This document shows positions 36,509 through 48,322 of a DNA stretch of 64,000 nucleotides, one piece after another. The DNA comes from Eubacteriales bacterium. Lineage in GTDB: Bacteria; Bacillota; Clostridia; Oscillospirales; CAG-272. The notes below the pieces were generated by a model. That model worked only from the letters and a program-made list of their open reading frames with translations. It was not told where the DNA came from and ran no database searches. The first letter of the stretch is position 1; each line of letters begins with the position of its first letter. The stretch lies in assembly GCA_045657105.1 (NCBI GenBank), contig JAZOSN010000059.1:196-64195 (forward strand), given 5' to 3'. The translations under genes and the position numbers were made by a program.

Positions 36509-37528
36509 ATGGCAGAAAACGCAAAAAATATGCACAAACACGGCATGGGCAAAATAATACTCGCGTCAATTCTTCTGATCTGCATCGCAGTCACGTCGCT
36601 TATAATCACGTTCTCGGCGCTCTCGGCAGATGACGATGACGAGCGACCTCACAAGAAGGATCCCGACACCGAGGATTCGGACGGCGAGGGCAACGATGAC
36701 GGCACGGGCGACGACGGTAGCGGCAACCAGAGCGGCGAAGATGACAGTGGCGATCAGAACGACACTCCGAAAAACACGTCGGTCGATAAAAAGAGCAGTG
36801 ACGTTCACAGAGGTCCGCTTCTCAGTCTTAGCGAGGAAAATCCGTACAATCGCCCCGCAGAAGAGCTCATCTCTTCCTCTGCGATGGACTCACTAAGTCC
36901 GGGCGAGGTGCTTTCCAGATATAACTTTATAAACGTTTCTTCGAGAAGTGACGGAAACTTCAAGCCGAGAAACAGACTTCTCTATCTCGATACCGCGGCG
37001 GCGACCGCGTTCTGCGATATGATGGCACAGTTCGTTGCCGAAACGGGAGTCACTTATATTCAGCTCAGAGATGCTTACGTTAACAGAGGCGCTACCGATC
37101 CTCACACTACGGGAATGGCAGTCGACCTTAACATCTACGACGGCGGACTCAACTATCCCTTGAAGAACTCTTACAAGAATTACAGAGCGCACTACGGTTG
37201 GTTTACCGCGAACTGCCACAAATTCGGTTTTGTGCACGTTCAGGACACGAACTCCTATTCGACGTTCAGATATATCGGCATTCCTCACGCGGGATATATA
37301 AATAGTAATTTCCTCACTCTTGACGCTTATCTCGAGCTTGTCAGAAGCAAGACTGCGGACGACAGACTCGTTATGACCGATGCAAACGGCAACGAGTGGT
37401 GGGTATATTACGTTGAGGCTTCGGGAAGTGATACTACAAGTATAAAGGTATTCGGAAGCAAATATACCATCTCGGGTGACAACGTAAACGGATTTATAGT
37501 TTCGGTGGATACATCGGGAATTAAATAA
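36509..37528 (+). CDS. Membrane-anchored VanY/M15B-like D-Ala-D-Ala carboxypeptidase homolog (second catalytic motif appears degenerate)
   Basis: N-terminal TM anchor and an Asp/Gly-rich linker. DPHTTGMAVDL matches the SxHxxGxAxD zinc motif. The position of the usual EPWHxRYVG reads SYSTFRYIG. Confidence 0.6.
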   Translation: MAENAKNMHKHGMGKIILASILLICIAVTSLIITFSALSADDDDERPHKKDPDTEDSDGEGNDDGTGDDGSGNQSGEDDSGDQNDTPKNTSVDKKSSDVHRGPLLSLSEENPYNRPAEELISSSAMDSLSPGEVLSRYNFINVSSRSDGNFKPRNRLLYLDTAAATAFCDMMAQFVAETGVTYIQLRDAYVNRGATDPHTTGMAVDLNIYDGGLNYPLKNSYKNYRAHYGWFTANCHKFGFVHVQDTNSYSTFRYIGIPHAGYINSNFLTLDAYLELVRSKTADDRLVMTDANGNEWWVYYVEASGSDTTSIKVFGSKYTISGDNVNGFIVSVDTSGIK

Positions 37529-37544
37529 GATAACAGAAAAGAGA

Positions 37545-37580
37545 AAAACCTGCACAGCATTTGTGCAGGTTTTCGTTTTG
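37545..37580. terminator. Bidirectional terminator between convergent genes
   Basis: AAAACCTGCACA-gcatt-TGTGCAGGTTTTCGTTTTG. Confidence 0.65.
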
Positions 37581-40286
<2,706 letters not shown>

Positions 40287-40317
40287 ATCTGCGATCTTCC
40301 TTTTCTATATTTTTACG

Positions 40318-41697
40318 TCAGTTTTTCTGAAAAATGCGGAGCGCGTCGAATACTGAGCCGACACCGATAAGCTCGACCTCGCTCGGAAGCCTCGATGTGT
40401 CAAATCTTGCAAGATCCTTTTTCGGCAGAATTATTTTGGTAAATCCGAGGCGGACCGCCTCGTTTATTCTTATCTCGGGCGCGGATACCGAACGGCACTC
40501 TCCCGCAAGTCCTACCTCGCCAAATGCGATAAGCTCGTCGGGCACGGGAATATCCTTTATGCTCGAAAGCAGTGAGAGCGCGATAGCCATATCCGCGGCA
40601 GGCTCGTCCAGACGAAGTCCGCCGATAACGTTAAGATAAGCGTCGCAAGAGGAAAAGCGCAGTCCAAGACGCTTTTCAAGCACCGCAAGAATTAAGTACA
40701 TTCTGTTATAATCAATACCGTTCGAGGTTCTTCTCGGAGAAGAAAGGAAGCTGCTGGTGGTGAGTGCCTGTATCTCGGTTATCATCGGACGGCTACCCTC
40801 CATAACGCAAACCGCACAGTTACCCGAAATATTACGCGGACGTCCTGCAAGGAGCATTTCGGAAGGATTTTCGACCTCGCGAAGTCCCTCTCCCGTCATT
40901 TCGAAAACTCCGATCTCGTTAGTCGAGCCGTAACGGTTCTTCGAGGCTCTTATGACTCTGAAAAGCTGTTGACGGTCACCCTCGAACGAGAGAACGGCGT
41001 CAACCATATGCTCGAGGACCTTAGGTCCTGCGATACTTCCCTCTTTATTGACGTGACCGACCATAAGCACGGCAATTCCTTTATTTTTAGCAAGTGAGAT
41101 AAATCTCGCCGCGCACTCCTTGACCTGTGTGATGCTTCCGGCAGATGCGGATACCGCGTCTGCATACATCGTCTGTATCGAGTCTACGACCACGAAATCC
41201 GGCGAGATATTTTCGCACTCGGCAATTATCCTGTCAAGCGAGGTTTCGGTCATAATATAGAACATATCACCCGAAACGCCAAGACGCTTTGCGCGGTATT
41301 TGAGCTGTCCTGAGGACTCCTCTCCCGAAACGTAGAGAACCTTTTTATTTTGTCCGAGAACTCCGCAGATCTGCATAAGAAGAGTCGATTTACCGATACC
41401 CGGCTCACCTGCGATAAGCACCGCAGATCCGTCAACTATACCGCCTCCGAGAACTCTGTCAAGCTCTCTCATTCCGGTAAGGGCGCGCATATATTCGGGC
41501 ATTTCGAGCTCTGAGAACTTGACCGCTCTGCTTTCTCCCACAACGACGGGTGCGCTTCTGTGAGGTGCGGCAGGTGCGCTTTGTGTCACGTGCTCTTCAA
41601 GCGTATTCCACTCTCCGCAGGACGGACACCTACCCATCCATTTTGCGCTTCTATATCCGCACTCCGAGCACTCGTAGTAAGATTTTCCCTGTTTCAT
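40318..41697 (-). CDS. radA: DNA repair protein RadA/Sms
   Basis: N-terminal zinc ribbon CSECGYRSAKWMGRCPSCGEWNT. Walker A GEPGIGKSTL. KNRYG motif. Lon-like C-terminal domain. Confidence 0.95.
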   Translation of the reverse strand: MKQGKSYYECSECGYRSAKWMGRCPSCGEWNTLEEHVTQSAPAAPHRSAPVVVGESRAVKFSELEMPEYMRALTGMRELDRVLGGGIVDGSAVLIAGEPGIGKSTLLMQICGVLGQNKKVLYVSGEESSGQLKYRAKRLGVSGDMFYIMTETSLDRIIAECENISPDFVVVDSIQTMYADAVSASAGSITQVKECAARFISLAKNKGIAVLMVGHVNKEGSIAGPKVLEHMVDAVLSFEGDRQQLFRVIRASKNRYGSTNEIGVFEMTGEGLREVENPSEMLLAGRPRNISGNCAVCVMEGSRPMITEIQALTTSSFLSSPRRTSNGIDYNRMYLILAVLEKRLGLRFSSCDAYLNVIGGLRLDEPAADMAIALSLLSSIKDIPVPDELIAFGEVGLAGECRSVSAPEIRINEAVRLGFTKIILPKKDLARFDTSRLPSEVELIGVGSVFDALRIFQKN

Positions 41698-41722
41698 ATC
41701 TTTAAAGTCCTTTTCTTTAATT

Positions 41723-42511
41723 TCAGCTTTTTTCCTGTGGCAGCTCCGACAGATAACTCTCGATTGCCATAAATATCACCGTTGCAAGATCGCGTCTGTA
41801 TTCCCTGTCGCAAAGCTTTTCGGTTTCTGCGACATTAGACAGAAAACCGCATTCAACGAGCACAGCTCTCACCACCGCCTTGTCAAGAACGTATATCTTA
41901 TAATCAGCTTTTTTAATCTTTCTGTTGTTGTCGCTTTGAAGCAGATCCTTTGCAAGGCTCTGTATATTCTGTGCAAGCTCTTTACCGCCCTCGACGTTTG
42001 ATGAATAGTAGACTTGAAGTCCGCTATATCTTTCGACGGCAAATTTATTCATATGAATACTCACGAATATACAGTTTTCGTATTCCTTTGTGATGTCGAC
42101 GCGTCTGAAAGTATCCTGCGCCTTCTTTGAGAGCGTGGAGTTTTCATCGTAGTACATACTGTCGTCATCTCTTGTCATAATCACGTTATATCCGTTAAAC
42201 GTGAGCATATCGCGAAGCAGCAGTGCAATATCGAGATTGAGATCCTTTTCGAGAACTCCCCCGATGCCGACTGCACCCCCGTCTGCGCCTCCGTGACCGG
42301 GATCGAGCACGACTGTAAGCTCTGCGCTTTGCGCGTCGCTATTGACATTGAGAATATTTTCTGTTAAAATATTTTGTGTGGCACTCCCCGACAGTCCGCT
42401 CACAAGCGCGGCGGCAACGAGAAGCAGTGCCGCGCACAAAACGAAGGACAGTCCGTCCCTTATGCCGAAAAATTCACGTAAATTCTTCTTTTTGTCTTTT
42501 ATGTACTCCAT
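41723..42511 (-). CDS. cwlD: N-acetylmuramoyl-L-alanine amidase (Amidase_3), CwlD-like
   Basis: TM anchor, then VVLDPGHGGADGGAVG...EKDLNLDIALLLRDML...VIMTRDDD...FVSIHMN. Start chosen at ATG 42511 (GGGTGA RBS). The ORF track begins at TTG 42574. The CwlD assignment rests on the sporulation context only. Confidence 0.65.
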   Translation of the reverse strand: MEYIKDKKKNLREFFGIRDGLSFVLCAALLLVAAALVSGLSGSATQNILTENILNVNSDAQSAELTVVLDPGHGGADGGAVGIGGVLEKDLNLDIALLLRDMLTFNGYNVIMTRDDDSMYYDENSTLSKKAQDTFRRVDITKEYENCIFVSIHMNKFAVERYSGLQVYYSSNVEGGKELAQNIQSLAKDLLQSDNNRKIKKADYKIYVLDKAVVRAVLVECGFLSNVAETEKLCDREYRRDLATVIFMAIESYLSELPQEKS

Positions 42512-42597
42512 ATATAAATCACCCGCCTGAAACATAGATGCTTTTTTACATAGTATATGCTTTGGCGGGTGCAAAAAGTAGTTTTTAATTAAAATGC

Positions 42598-43188
42598 TCA
42601 GTCTTTATTTTTGGGACGCGAGATCTTCGGAGCATATCTGTCCTCTTTTTCCTTGGGCTTTCTCATTCCGTGGCAGTATTTTACGCCGAGGATATAAGCC
42701 ACGGTGCATACGATAATTCCGGGAATCGGTGTCAGAAGATTTGCAAAGCTTGCGTCTTTAATGAGCGTAAGGAGCGCAACGTACATTCCCTGAATGAACT
42801 TTGCTATCATATTGGACACACCGTAGAGCTCTCCTGCCCACTGTGCGCCGTTTATATCGTAAACGATCTTTCCGATAAAGCTTAGCACTCCGAGAAGAAT
42901 GTTGAGCGAGTTCGCCGCAAGAGCGAGCCAGAATCCCGTAAGCGGCTTATACTGACGCTTTCCCGCCTCTATTCTGATTCCGTCCTTCTGACCGAGCTCG
43001 TATACGAGCATATATATCAGATAGAGATAGAAGAGAGCCGAAAAAGCTCCTGCTCCTAAAAATAGCGGCGAGTTCGGATTATTTTTGGACATGGTTGCCA
43101 TAGATACAACGAGCCCGAAAAGAGTCATTCCAAACTGATAAAGGCAAAGTCTTACGACCTGATAGCCCTGTTTTCTGTAAAGATCCAT
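42598..43188 (-). CDS. Polytopic membrane protein, function unknown (196 aa)
   Basis: ATG-initiated ORF with 5-6 hydrophobic helices and a basic C-terminal tail. No motif recognised. Confidence 0.55.
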   Translation of the reverse strand: MDLYRKQGYQVVRLCLYQFGMTLFGLVVSMATMSKNNPNSPLFLGAGAFSALFYLYLIYMLVYELGQKDGIRIEAGKRQYKPLTGFWLALAANSLNILLGVLSFIGKIVYDINGAQWAGELYGVSNMIAKFIQGMYVALLTLIKDASFANLLTPIPGIIVCTVAYILGVKYCHGMRKPKEKEDRYAPKISRPKNKD

Positions 43189-43298
43189 AAAGTTCTCCCA
43201 AATAAGATTTTGCTTTATTTATTTTAACATACAATTATGAACAAAGAAACAACTATATAATAATATTCATACTATACTCTGAAAGGAGAAAAAGATAA

Positions 43299-44294
43299 AT
43301 GACAAATCTTCCGAACGTTATCACGCAGTTTTCGGCGTACAAGCAGCTTATACAAAACCGCTCGCCCAAAACAGTCGAGCAGTACGAAATAGATCTTGCG
43401 CTTTTTCTGAAATACGTAAAAGCTATGCAGAGCGGCGTTCGTGACAGTGACGTTGATGCGATCGACGAAACCGATATTTCGGACGTGGACGTTGATTTTC
43501 TTGCAAGGATCACCCCGGATATGATAATGAACTTTCTTATGTTTGCCGCTCGCAGACGCGGAAACAAGGCATCGGTCACCGCAAGAAAGCTCTCGGCAAT
43601 ACGAAGCTTTTTTAAATATTATACGGTCAACAAGCGACTTCTCAGTGACAATCCGGCGAAGGACATCGACTCTCCTTCCGTCAAGCGTGCCCTGCCTAAA
43701 TATCTGACGGTCGACGAGTGTGTTTCCCTGCTCTCGGCAATCGAAAACGATACCGATTCGAAATTCAGAGAACGCGATTTTGCGATCGTCACCCTGTTTC
43801 TAAACTGCGGAATGCGTCTTTCCGAGCTTGTCGGCATATCGTTTTCCGATATTGATCCGGATATGCGCTCGCTTAAAGTTACCGGTAAAGGAAGCAAGAA
43901 CCGAATAGTATATCTGAACGAGGCATGCAAGAGCGCACTGAAAAATTACATCGCAGTCCGCGGCAGAGTCGAAATACACGACAAAAACGCGCTTTTTATA
44001 AGCCGTCTTGGCACGAGAATATCGAATAAGACGGTGCAGTGGATGGTCGAAAAGTATCTCAAACGCGCAGGTCTTGAATACAGAAATTTCTCGGTGCACA
44101 AGCTTAGACACACCGCCGCAACGCTTATGTATCAGAGCGGTCAGGTCGATATACGAGTGCTCAAAGACATTCTCGGTCACGAGCAGTTAAATACCACCCA
44201 GATATATACTCATATCAGTAATACTCAGATGGAAGAAGCGATGAGTGCAAATCCTCTTTCGGATATAACGCTCAAAAACAAGCCCGAGGAATAA
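43299..44294 (+). CDS. Tyrosine site-specific recombinase (XerC/XerD family)
   Basis: N-terminal SAM-like core-binding domain. Catalytic region RERDFAIVTLFLNCGMRLSEL...HKLRHTAATLMYQSG...LGHEQLNTTQIYTH (R..HxxR..H..Y). AGGAG RBS. Confidence 0.85.
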   Translation: MTNLPNVITQFSAYKQLIQNRSPKTVEQYEIDLALFLKYVKAMQSGVRDSDVDAIDETDISDVDVDFLARITPDMIMNFLMFAARRRGNKASVTARKLSAIRSFFKYYTVNKRLLSDNPAKDIDSPSVKRALPKYLTVDECVSLLSAIENDTDSKFRERDFAIVTLFLNCGMRLSELVGISFSDIDPDMRSLKVTGKGSKNRIVYLNEACKSALKNYIAVRGRVEIHDKNALFISRLGTRISNKTVQWMVEKYLKRAGLEYRNFSVHKLRHTAATLMYQSGQVDIRVLKDILGHEQLNTTQIYTHISNTQMEEAMSANPLSDITLKNKPEE

Positions 44295-44391
44295 AAATTA
44301 CACAAAAACGAATGTAAATTCACTTCGTGTTAATAAATGTATTATATATTAAAGACAGTAACTTACTATTTTTTTCAAAACGGAGAATAAA

Positions 44392-45627
44392 ATGGCTGAA
44401 AACAAAGCAAAAAAGACCTCTATCGGCGGTCAGGCTCTGATAGAAGGAATTATGATGCGAGGCCCTGAAAAGACTGCCATGGCAGTCCGTGACACCAAGG
44501 GCAAGATCGTAATGAAAGAGTGGAATAACAAGAAGATACAGTCCAAGGTATACAAGATCCCCTTCGTCCGCGGAATTTTCAATATGGTTTCCGCGCTCGT
44601 TTCGGGCTATAAATGCCTTTCTGACTCTGCCGAGATCGCTATGGATCTTGAAGAGCTCGAGCGTCAGGAAGCCGAGGAAAAGGCACTGAAAGCACTCAAA
44701 AAGAGAGCTAAAAAAGAGGGTATTCCTTACGAGGAGCTGCTTGCAGAATATAACGCCGCAAAGGAAAACGCGGCGGCGAGCGATATCACAGAAGATGAAA
44801 ATTCCGAGATCACAGCCACCGAAGGCGAGGAGATCGTCACCGATATAAGCACCGAGGCATCGGAAGAAACAGTCGAATCCGAGGTGCAGGCAGAGGAGCC
44901 CGAAGCCACTGAGGCGGCAGAGGCAACAGAGGAAGCAGTGGCGGTAGAAAAAGTGCAGAAAAAAGCTCCGAAGGACGACAAGAAAAACGGCGAAATGGGA
45001 CTTATTATGGTAATAAGCGTCGTGCTTGCGCTGTTTATGGTCGTCGGACTTTTCGTATTCCTTCCCGAGTTTTTATACAACCTGATCTTCGGCGAACTTT
45101 CGGTTCGTGCGACCTATCTCGATCAGCTCGGAAGAAGCGCGTTTACAGGCGTGATCAAGCTTGCTCTGCTTATTCTGTATATGTGGGGAGTTTCCTTTAT
45201 GAAGGATATTCGCCGTACCTTTATGTACCACGGTGCAGAGCACAAGACTATATTCTGCTACGAGCAGGGACTTGAGCTGACGGTCGAAAACGTCAGAAAT
45301 CAGAAAAGATTTCATCCGAGATGCGGAACGTCCTTTATAGTTCTCGTCGTTCACGTCGGTATAATCATCGGAAGCTTCATACAGTTTGAGAGCGTTGCTC
45401 TTCGCGCTATTATGAGAATTATCCTCGTTCCCGTCATAGTAGGTGTCGGATACGAGCTCATAAAGTTCGCAGGACGCCACGATAACATCGTAACGAGAAT
45501 AATCTCCGCTCCCGGCGTATGGCTTCAACATATCACAACCAAGGAGCCTACCGACGATATGATCGAGTGCGCGATAAAGGCGATAAGCGCGGTCATTCCC
45601 GAGGACAAGGAAAGCGATAATTGGTAA
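44392..45627 (+). CDS. DUF1385 (YqhQ-like) membrane protein with a roughly 110-aa acidic insertion
   Basis: SIGGQALIEGIMMRGPEKTAMAVRD, HGAEHKTI and RFHPRCGTSF motifs are typical of DUF1385. The Glu/Ala-rich insert is at about nt 44644-44977. Confidence 0.8.
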   Translation: MAENKAKKTSIGGQALIEGIMMRGPEKTAMAVRDTKGKIVMKEWNNKKIQSKVYKIPFVRGIFNMVSALVSGYKCLSDSAEIAMDLEELERQEAEEKALKALKKRAKKEGIPYEELLAEYNAAKENAAASDITEDENSEITATEGEEIVTDISTEASEETVESEVQAEEPEATEAAEATEEAVAVEKVQKKAPKDDKKNGEMGLIMVISVVLALFMVVGLFVFLPEFLYNLIFGELSVRATYLDQLGRSAFTGVIKLALLILYMWGVSFMKDIRRTFMYHGAEHKTIFCYEQGLELTVENVRNQKRFHPRCGTSFIVLVVHVGIIIGSFIQFESVALRAIMRIILVPVIVGVGYELIKFAGRHDNIVTRIISAPGVWLQHITTKEPTDDMIECAIKAISAVIPEDKESDNW

Positions 45628-45640
45628 AATAAAAAAGCGA

Positions 45641-45680
45641 AAGGTCACAGGACTTTTAAGAGTCCCGTGACCTTGTTTTT
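45641..45680. terminator. Bidirectional terminator
   Basis: AAGGTCACAGGACT-tttaag-AGTCCCGTGACCTT followed by GTTTTTA. Confidence 0.65.
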
Positions 45681-46020
45681 ATTGCTCGAAGTCATCGCCC
45701 GAGCGAACTGCCTGCGACGCCTCTTTTGCCGACTCAGAGAGCATTTCAAGTGCCTTGGAGTCAAGCTTTCCCTCGGTTATCACGTAAGTTATAGGGGCAA
45801 TAAACGCCGCAATCACCGAGCATATCGCGCCGATCTCTCCGCCTGCGCCGCTTAGCGCAAGCACTACCGCAAAGACCGCGGCAACAAGCGCAAGAATAAA
45901 TTTTCTTGATAAAAGCTTCTTGATGATGTGAATTCTCCTCTCTTTCGGAAATTGTCCTTCAAGGCATGGCGTAGTCTTACGTGCATCTTTTGCCAAAGAT
46001 AAATTTGTACAGCTTAGCAT
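45679..46020 (-). CDS. Small two-TM membrane protein (start uncertain)
   Basis: The hydrophobic segments FILALVAAVFAVVLAL and IGAICSVIAAFIAPITYVI are followed by an acidic tail. ATG 46020 has no RBS. A GAGAGGAG lies internally (about 45925-45935) but has no canonical start codon after it. Confidence 0.35.
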   Translation of the reverse strand: MLSCTNLSLAKDARKTTPCLEGQFPKERRIHIIKKLLSRKFILALVAAVFAVVLALSGAGGEIGAICSVIAAFIAPITYVITEGKLDSKALEMLSESAKEASQAVRSGDDFEQ

Positions 46021-46160
46021 AAAGAGTGCACGGCCGACGGCAAATTCTCCTCACTTTGCCGCATTCCCGAAAGACTGTCATCATTTTACACCGCAGGCGG
46101 TCTGCAAAAAGTAGCGAAAGGTATTATTTAGTATTTTTATATCGGCATATGCAAATATTC

Positions 46161-46865
46161 TCACGCGTTTCCGATCTCACGGCGGAGTCTTGCTATGCTC
46201 CTCTTTTCAAGACGGGATATGTAGGACTGCGATATTCCGAGCATCGTCGCCACGTCCTTCTGAGTGTATTCCCTGCCGTCACGCAGACCGAATCTCAGTT
46301 CGATTATCTCGCGCTCGCGCTCGGAAAGGCATCTGAGCGCGCTTCTTAGCGTCTTTTTCTCCTCTGCCATTTCAAGTCCTGCGCCGACCGCATCGTCCTC
46401 ACTGCTTAGAATATCCGAGAGCAGAAGCTCGTTTCCGTCCCAATCGACGTTGAGCGGCTCGTCTATTGAAACCTCTATATATTTCGACGTTTTTCTGAGA
46501 TACATCAGTATTTCGTTCTCGATACACCGAGAGGCGTAGGTGGCAAGCTTTATGTTCTTATCCGCGCGGAAGGTGTTTATAGCTTTTATAAGACCGATAG
46601 TTCCGATCGAAATGAGGTCTTCAAGCCCGATTCCCGTATTCTCGAATTTTTTGGCTATATAGACGACAAGACGAAGATTTCTCTCAACGAGCAGAGAGCG
46701 CAGTCTGTCGTCACCGTCAACGCGGGATAGTATATCCGCCTCTTCCTCGGGCGTGAGCGGAAGAGGCAGAGTGTCCGAGCCGTTCACGTAGTATATTCTG
46801 CTGTCGCCCTCGAAAATGCGGCGAAGCAGTGCACGAAGCATAGAACTCATAATATTTTTTCTCAT
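46161..46865 (-). CDS. sigE: Sporulation sigma factor SigE (pro-sigma-E)
   Basis: The pro-sequence plus [18 protein letters not shown], region 2 ([15 protein letters not shown]...[14 protein letters not shown]) and region 4 HTH ([22 protein letters not shown]) are present. It lies directly downstream of spoIIGA. Confidence 0.85.
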   Translation of the reverse strand: MRKNIMSSMLRALLRRIFEGDSRIYYVNGSDTLPLPLTPEEEADILSRVDGDDRLRSLLVERNLRLVVYIAKKFENTGIGLEDLISIGTIGLIKAINTFRADKNIKLATYASRCIENEILMYLRKTSKYIEVSIDEPLNVDWDGNELLLSDILSSEDDAVGAGLEMAEEKKTLRSALRCLSEREREIIELRFGLRDGREYTQKDVATMLGISQSYISRLEKRSIARLRREIGNA

Positions 46866-46895
46866 AAAGCAGACCTTTTCCTTTCCGCTACGAAT

Positions 46896-47798
46896 TTATT
46901 TTACAAGACAGCTTGGAAGCAGTGCCTCGCACCCTCCAAAGCTGCTGCTCACCGTATCGAGCGCGATACAGGCACTGACCTCACTGCCGTTGAGCAGGAT
47001 TTTATCCGGAACGTATCCGAAAAGTATACGGGCGCCCGATGCACCTATCGGCATTATCGGGACGATACGTACCCGCCTCGCGTCCGACAGGCTTGGCTCG
47101 TTGTAAAGACTGCTTTTCGACGAAAAAAACACGCTATGCAGTGATTCGGGCAGGATATTTTTCATTTTTTCGCTTCCCGTTATTATAACAGGGAGTCCGC
47201 CTATCGGCTCACGGAGCAGATTACCGCTATCGCAGTAGGCGCTCATCTCGACCGATCTTCCGTCGGACAGGACGGTAAGTGCGGTTTTAAGCGTTTTTTT
47301 ACGCTTTTTTATCCGCCCTACCGCACAGGTAATTATCCACGAGATAAACGACAGGACAAGGCAGAGCGCAAGCGGAATTATTCCGCCCGAGCCGTGAGTT
47401 TCCACGCTTAAAAAAGAGAGCTTATCAAGATATGTATAAAGCTTTGTGAGCAGCTCGGATATTACCGCAGAAAGCGAAGAAAATATGACGAAGGACAGGC
47501 AAAGCTTTATAAAGCCGAGCCCCTCAAAGGCAATGGCGCAGGCGGTAAAGGCAGATGTCATAGAGATAACGAAGCCGAAAATCGCGTTTCCGGGGAATAT
47601 CATCTGAAATATCGGAAGCGCCGCCGTCAGTATCGCCGCCGCAAAAATCCTTAGCGGCTTCTTTTTTACTCTAAGGATAAGCGACACGAGAAAAAGCAGT
47701 ACGCTGTCCATACTGAGATTTATTATAAAAAATATATCGGCGTATATTTTAAAGCTCTCCGAAAGAAGAGCATACAAAGGAGGAGCAGTACCTGTCAT
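46896..47798 (-). CDS. spoIIGA: Sigma-E processing peptidase SpoIIGA
   Basis: Five N-terminal TM helices. C-terminal aspartic protease motif AYCDSGNLLREPIGGLPVII. Position upstream of sigE. Confidence 0.8.
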   Translation of the reverse strand: MTGTAPPLYALLSESFKIYADIFFIINLSMDSVLLFLVSLILRVKKKPLRIFAAAILTAALPIFQMIFPGNAIFGFVISMTSAFTACAIAFEGLGFIKLCLSFVIFSSLSAVISELLTKLYTYLDKLSFLSVETHGSGGIIPLALCLVLSFISWIITCAVGRIKKRKKTLKTALTVLSDGRSVEMSAYCDSGNLLREPIGGLPVIITGSEKMKNILPESLHSVFFSSKSSLYNEPSLSDARRVRIVPIMPIGASGARILFGYVPDKILLNGSEVSACIALDTVSSSFGGCEALLPSCLVK

Positions 47799-47837
47799 TT
47801 TCTTTTTCTCCCCTTCCCTGAAATATCCGCTAACTTA

Positions 47838-47870
47838 ATTATATTAGATCATACGCGTAAATTATGTCAG
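47838..47870 (-). promoter_or_regulatory. spoIIGA promoter candidate with an over-long (21-nt) spacer
   Basis: Minus strand: CTGACA (47870-47865), 21 nt, TATAAT (47843-47838), 40 nt upstream of the ATG. The alternative -10 TAATAT gives an 18-nt spacer. Confidence 0.3.
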
Positions 47871-47949
47871 ATCGGGTTGTGAAAAAAGCCTTTTATTGCG
47901 ATTTAAAGGTAAATAAATGTAAAATTTATGATATTTTTTCCTTGTATAC

Positions 47950-47978
47950 TTGAAAAGCCGAAAAATATGGTGTATAAT
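47950..47978 (+). promoter_or_regulatory. Promoter candidate for ireB
   Basis: TTGAAA (47950-47955), 17-nt spacer, TATAAT (47973-47978). Confidence 0.4.
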
Positions 47979-48017
47979 AGATTAAAAGAAATACTTTAAT
48001 AAGGGAGAAATAGTGTT

Positions 48018-48278
48018 ATGATGCTACCCGAAAATGAAAATACCATAAAATTTGCCATAAAGGACGAGAAGGATATAAGAATCCGCCATACGCTTTCACA
48101 GGTGTATTCTGCTCTCAAAGAAAAGGGCTACGATCCTATAAACCAGATCGTCGGATATATTCTTTCGGAGGATCCCACCTATATCACAAGCTATAACAAC
48201 GCGCGCAGTCTGATATGTAAGATCGACAGAAACGAGCTTCTCAACGCTCTCGTGCGCTTCTATCTTTCGGGAAAATAA
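48018..48278 (+). CDS. ireB: IreB-family regulatory phosphoprotein (UPF0297)
   Basis: [55 protein letters not shown] closely matches the UPF0297/YrzL family consensus as I remember it. Confidence 0.9.
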   Translation: MMLPENENTIKFAIKDEKDIRIRHTLSQVYSALKEKGYDPINQIVGYILSEDPTYITSYNNARSLICKIDRNELLNALVRFYLSGK

Positions 48279-48322
48279 TCTGAAATTCTCGGCCTTGCGT
48301 TAAATTACACAGGACAAGACTT

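Noticed and set aside
43299-44294. Tyrosine recombinase as marker of an integrated mobile element or prophage
   Set aside because: The neighbours are housekeeping or sporulation genes (cwlD-like, radA, DUF1385, sigE). I saw no flanking direct repeats, tRNA, phage or conjugation genes. It is more consistent with a chromosomal Xer-type recombinase.
45679-46020. Small two-TM protein as a phage holin or prophage remnant
   Set aside because: The only evidence is two hydrophobic helices and small size. There is no endolysin or other phage gene nearby, and even the start codon is doubtful.
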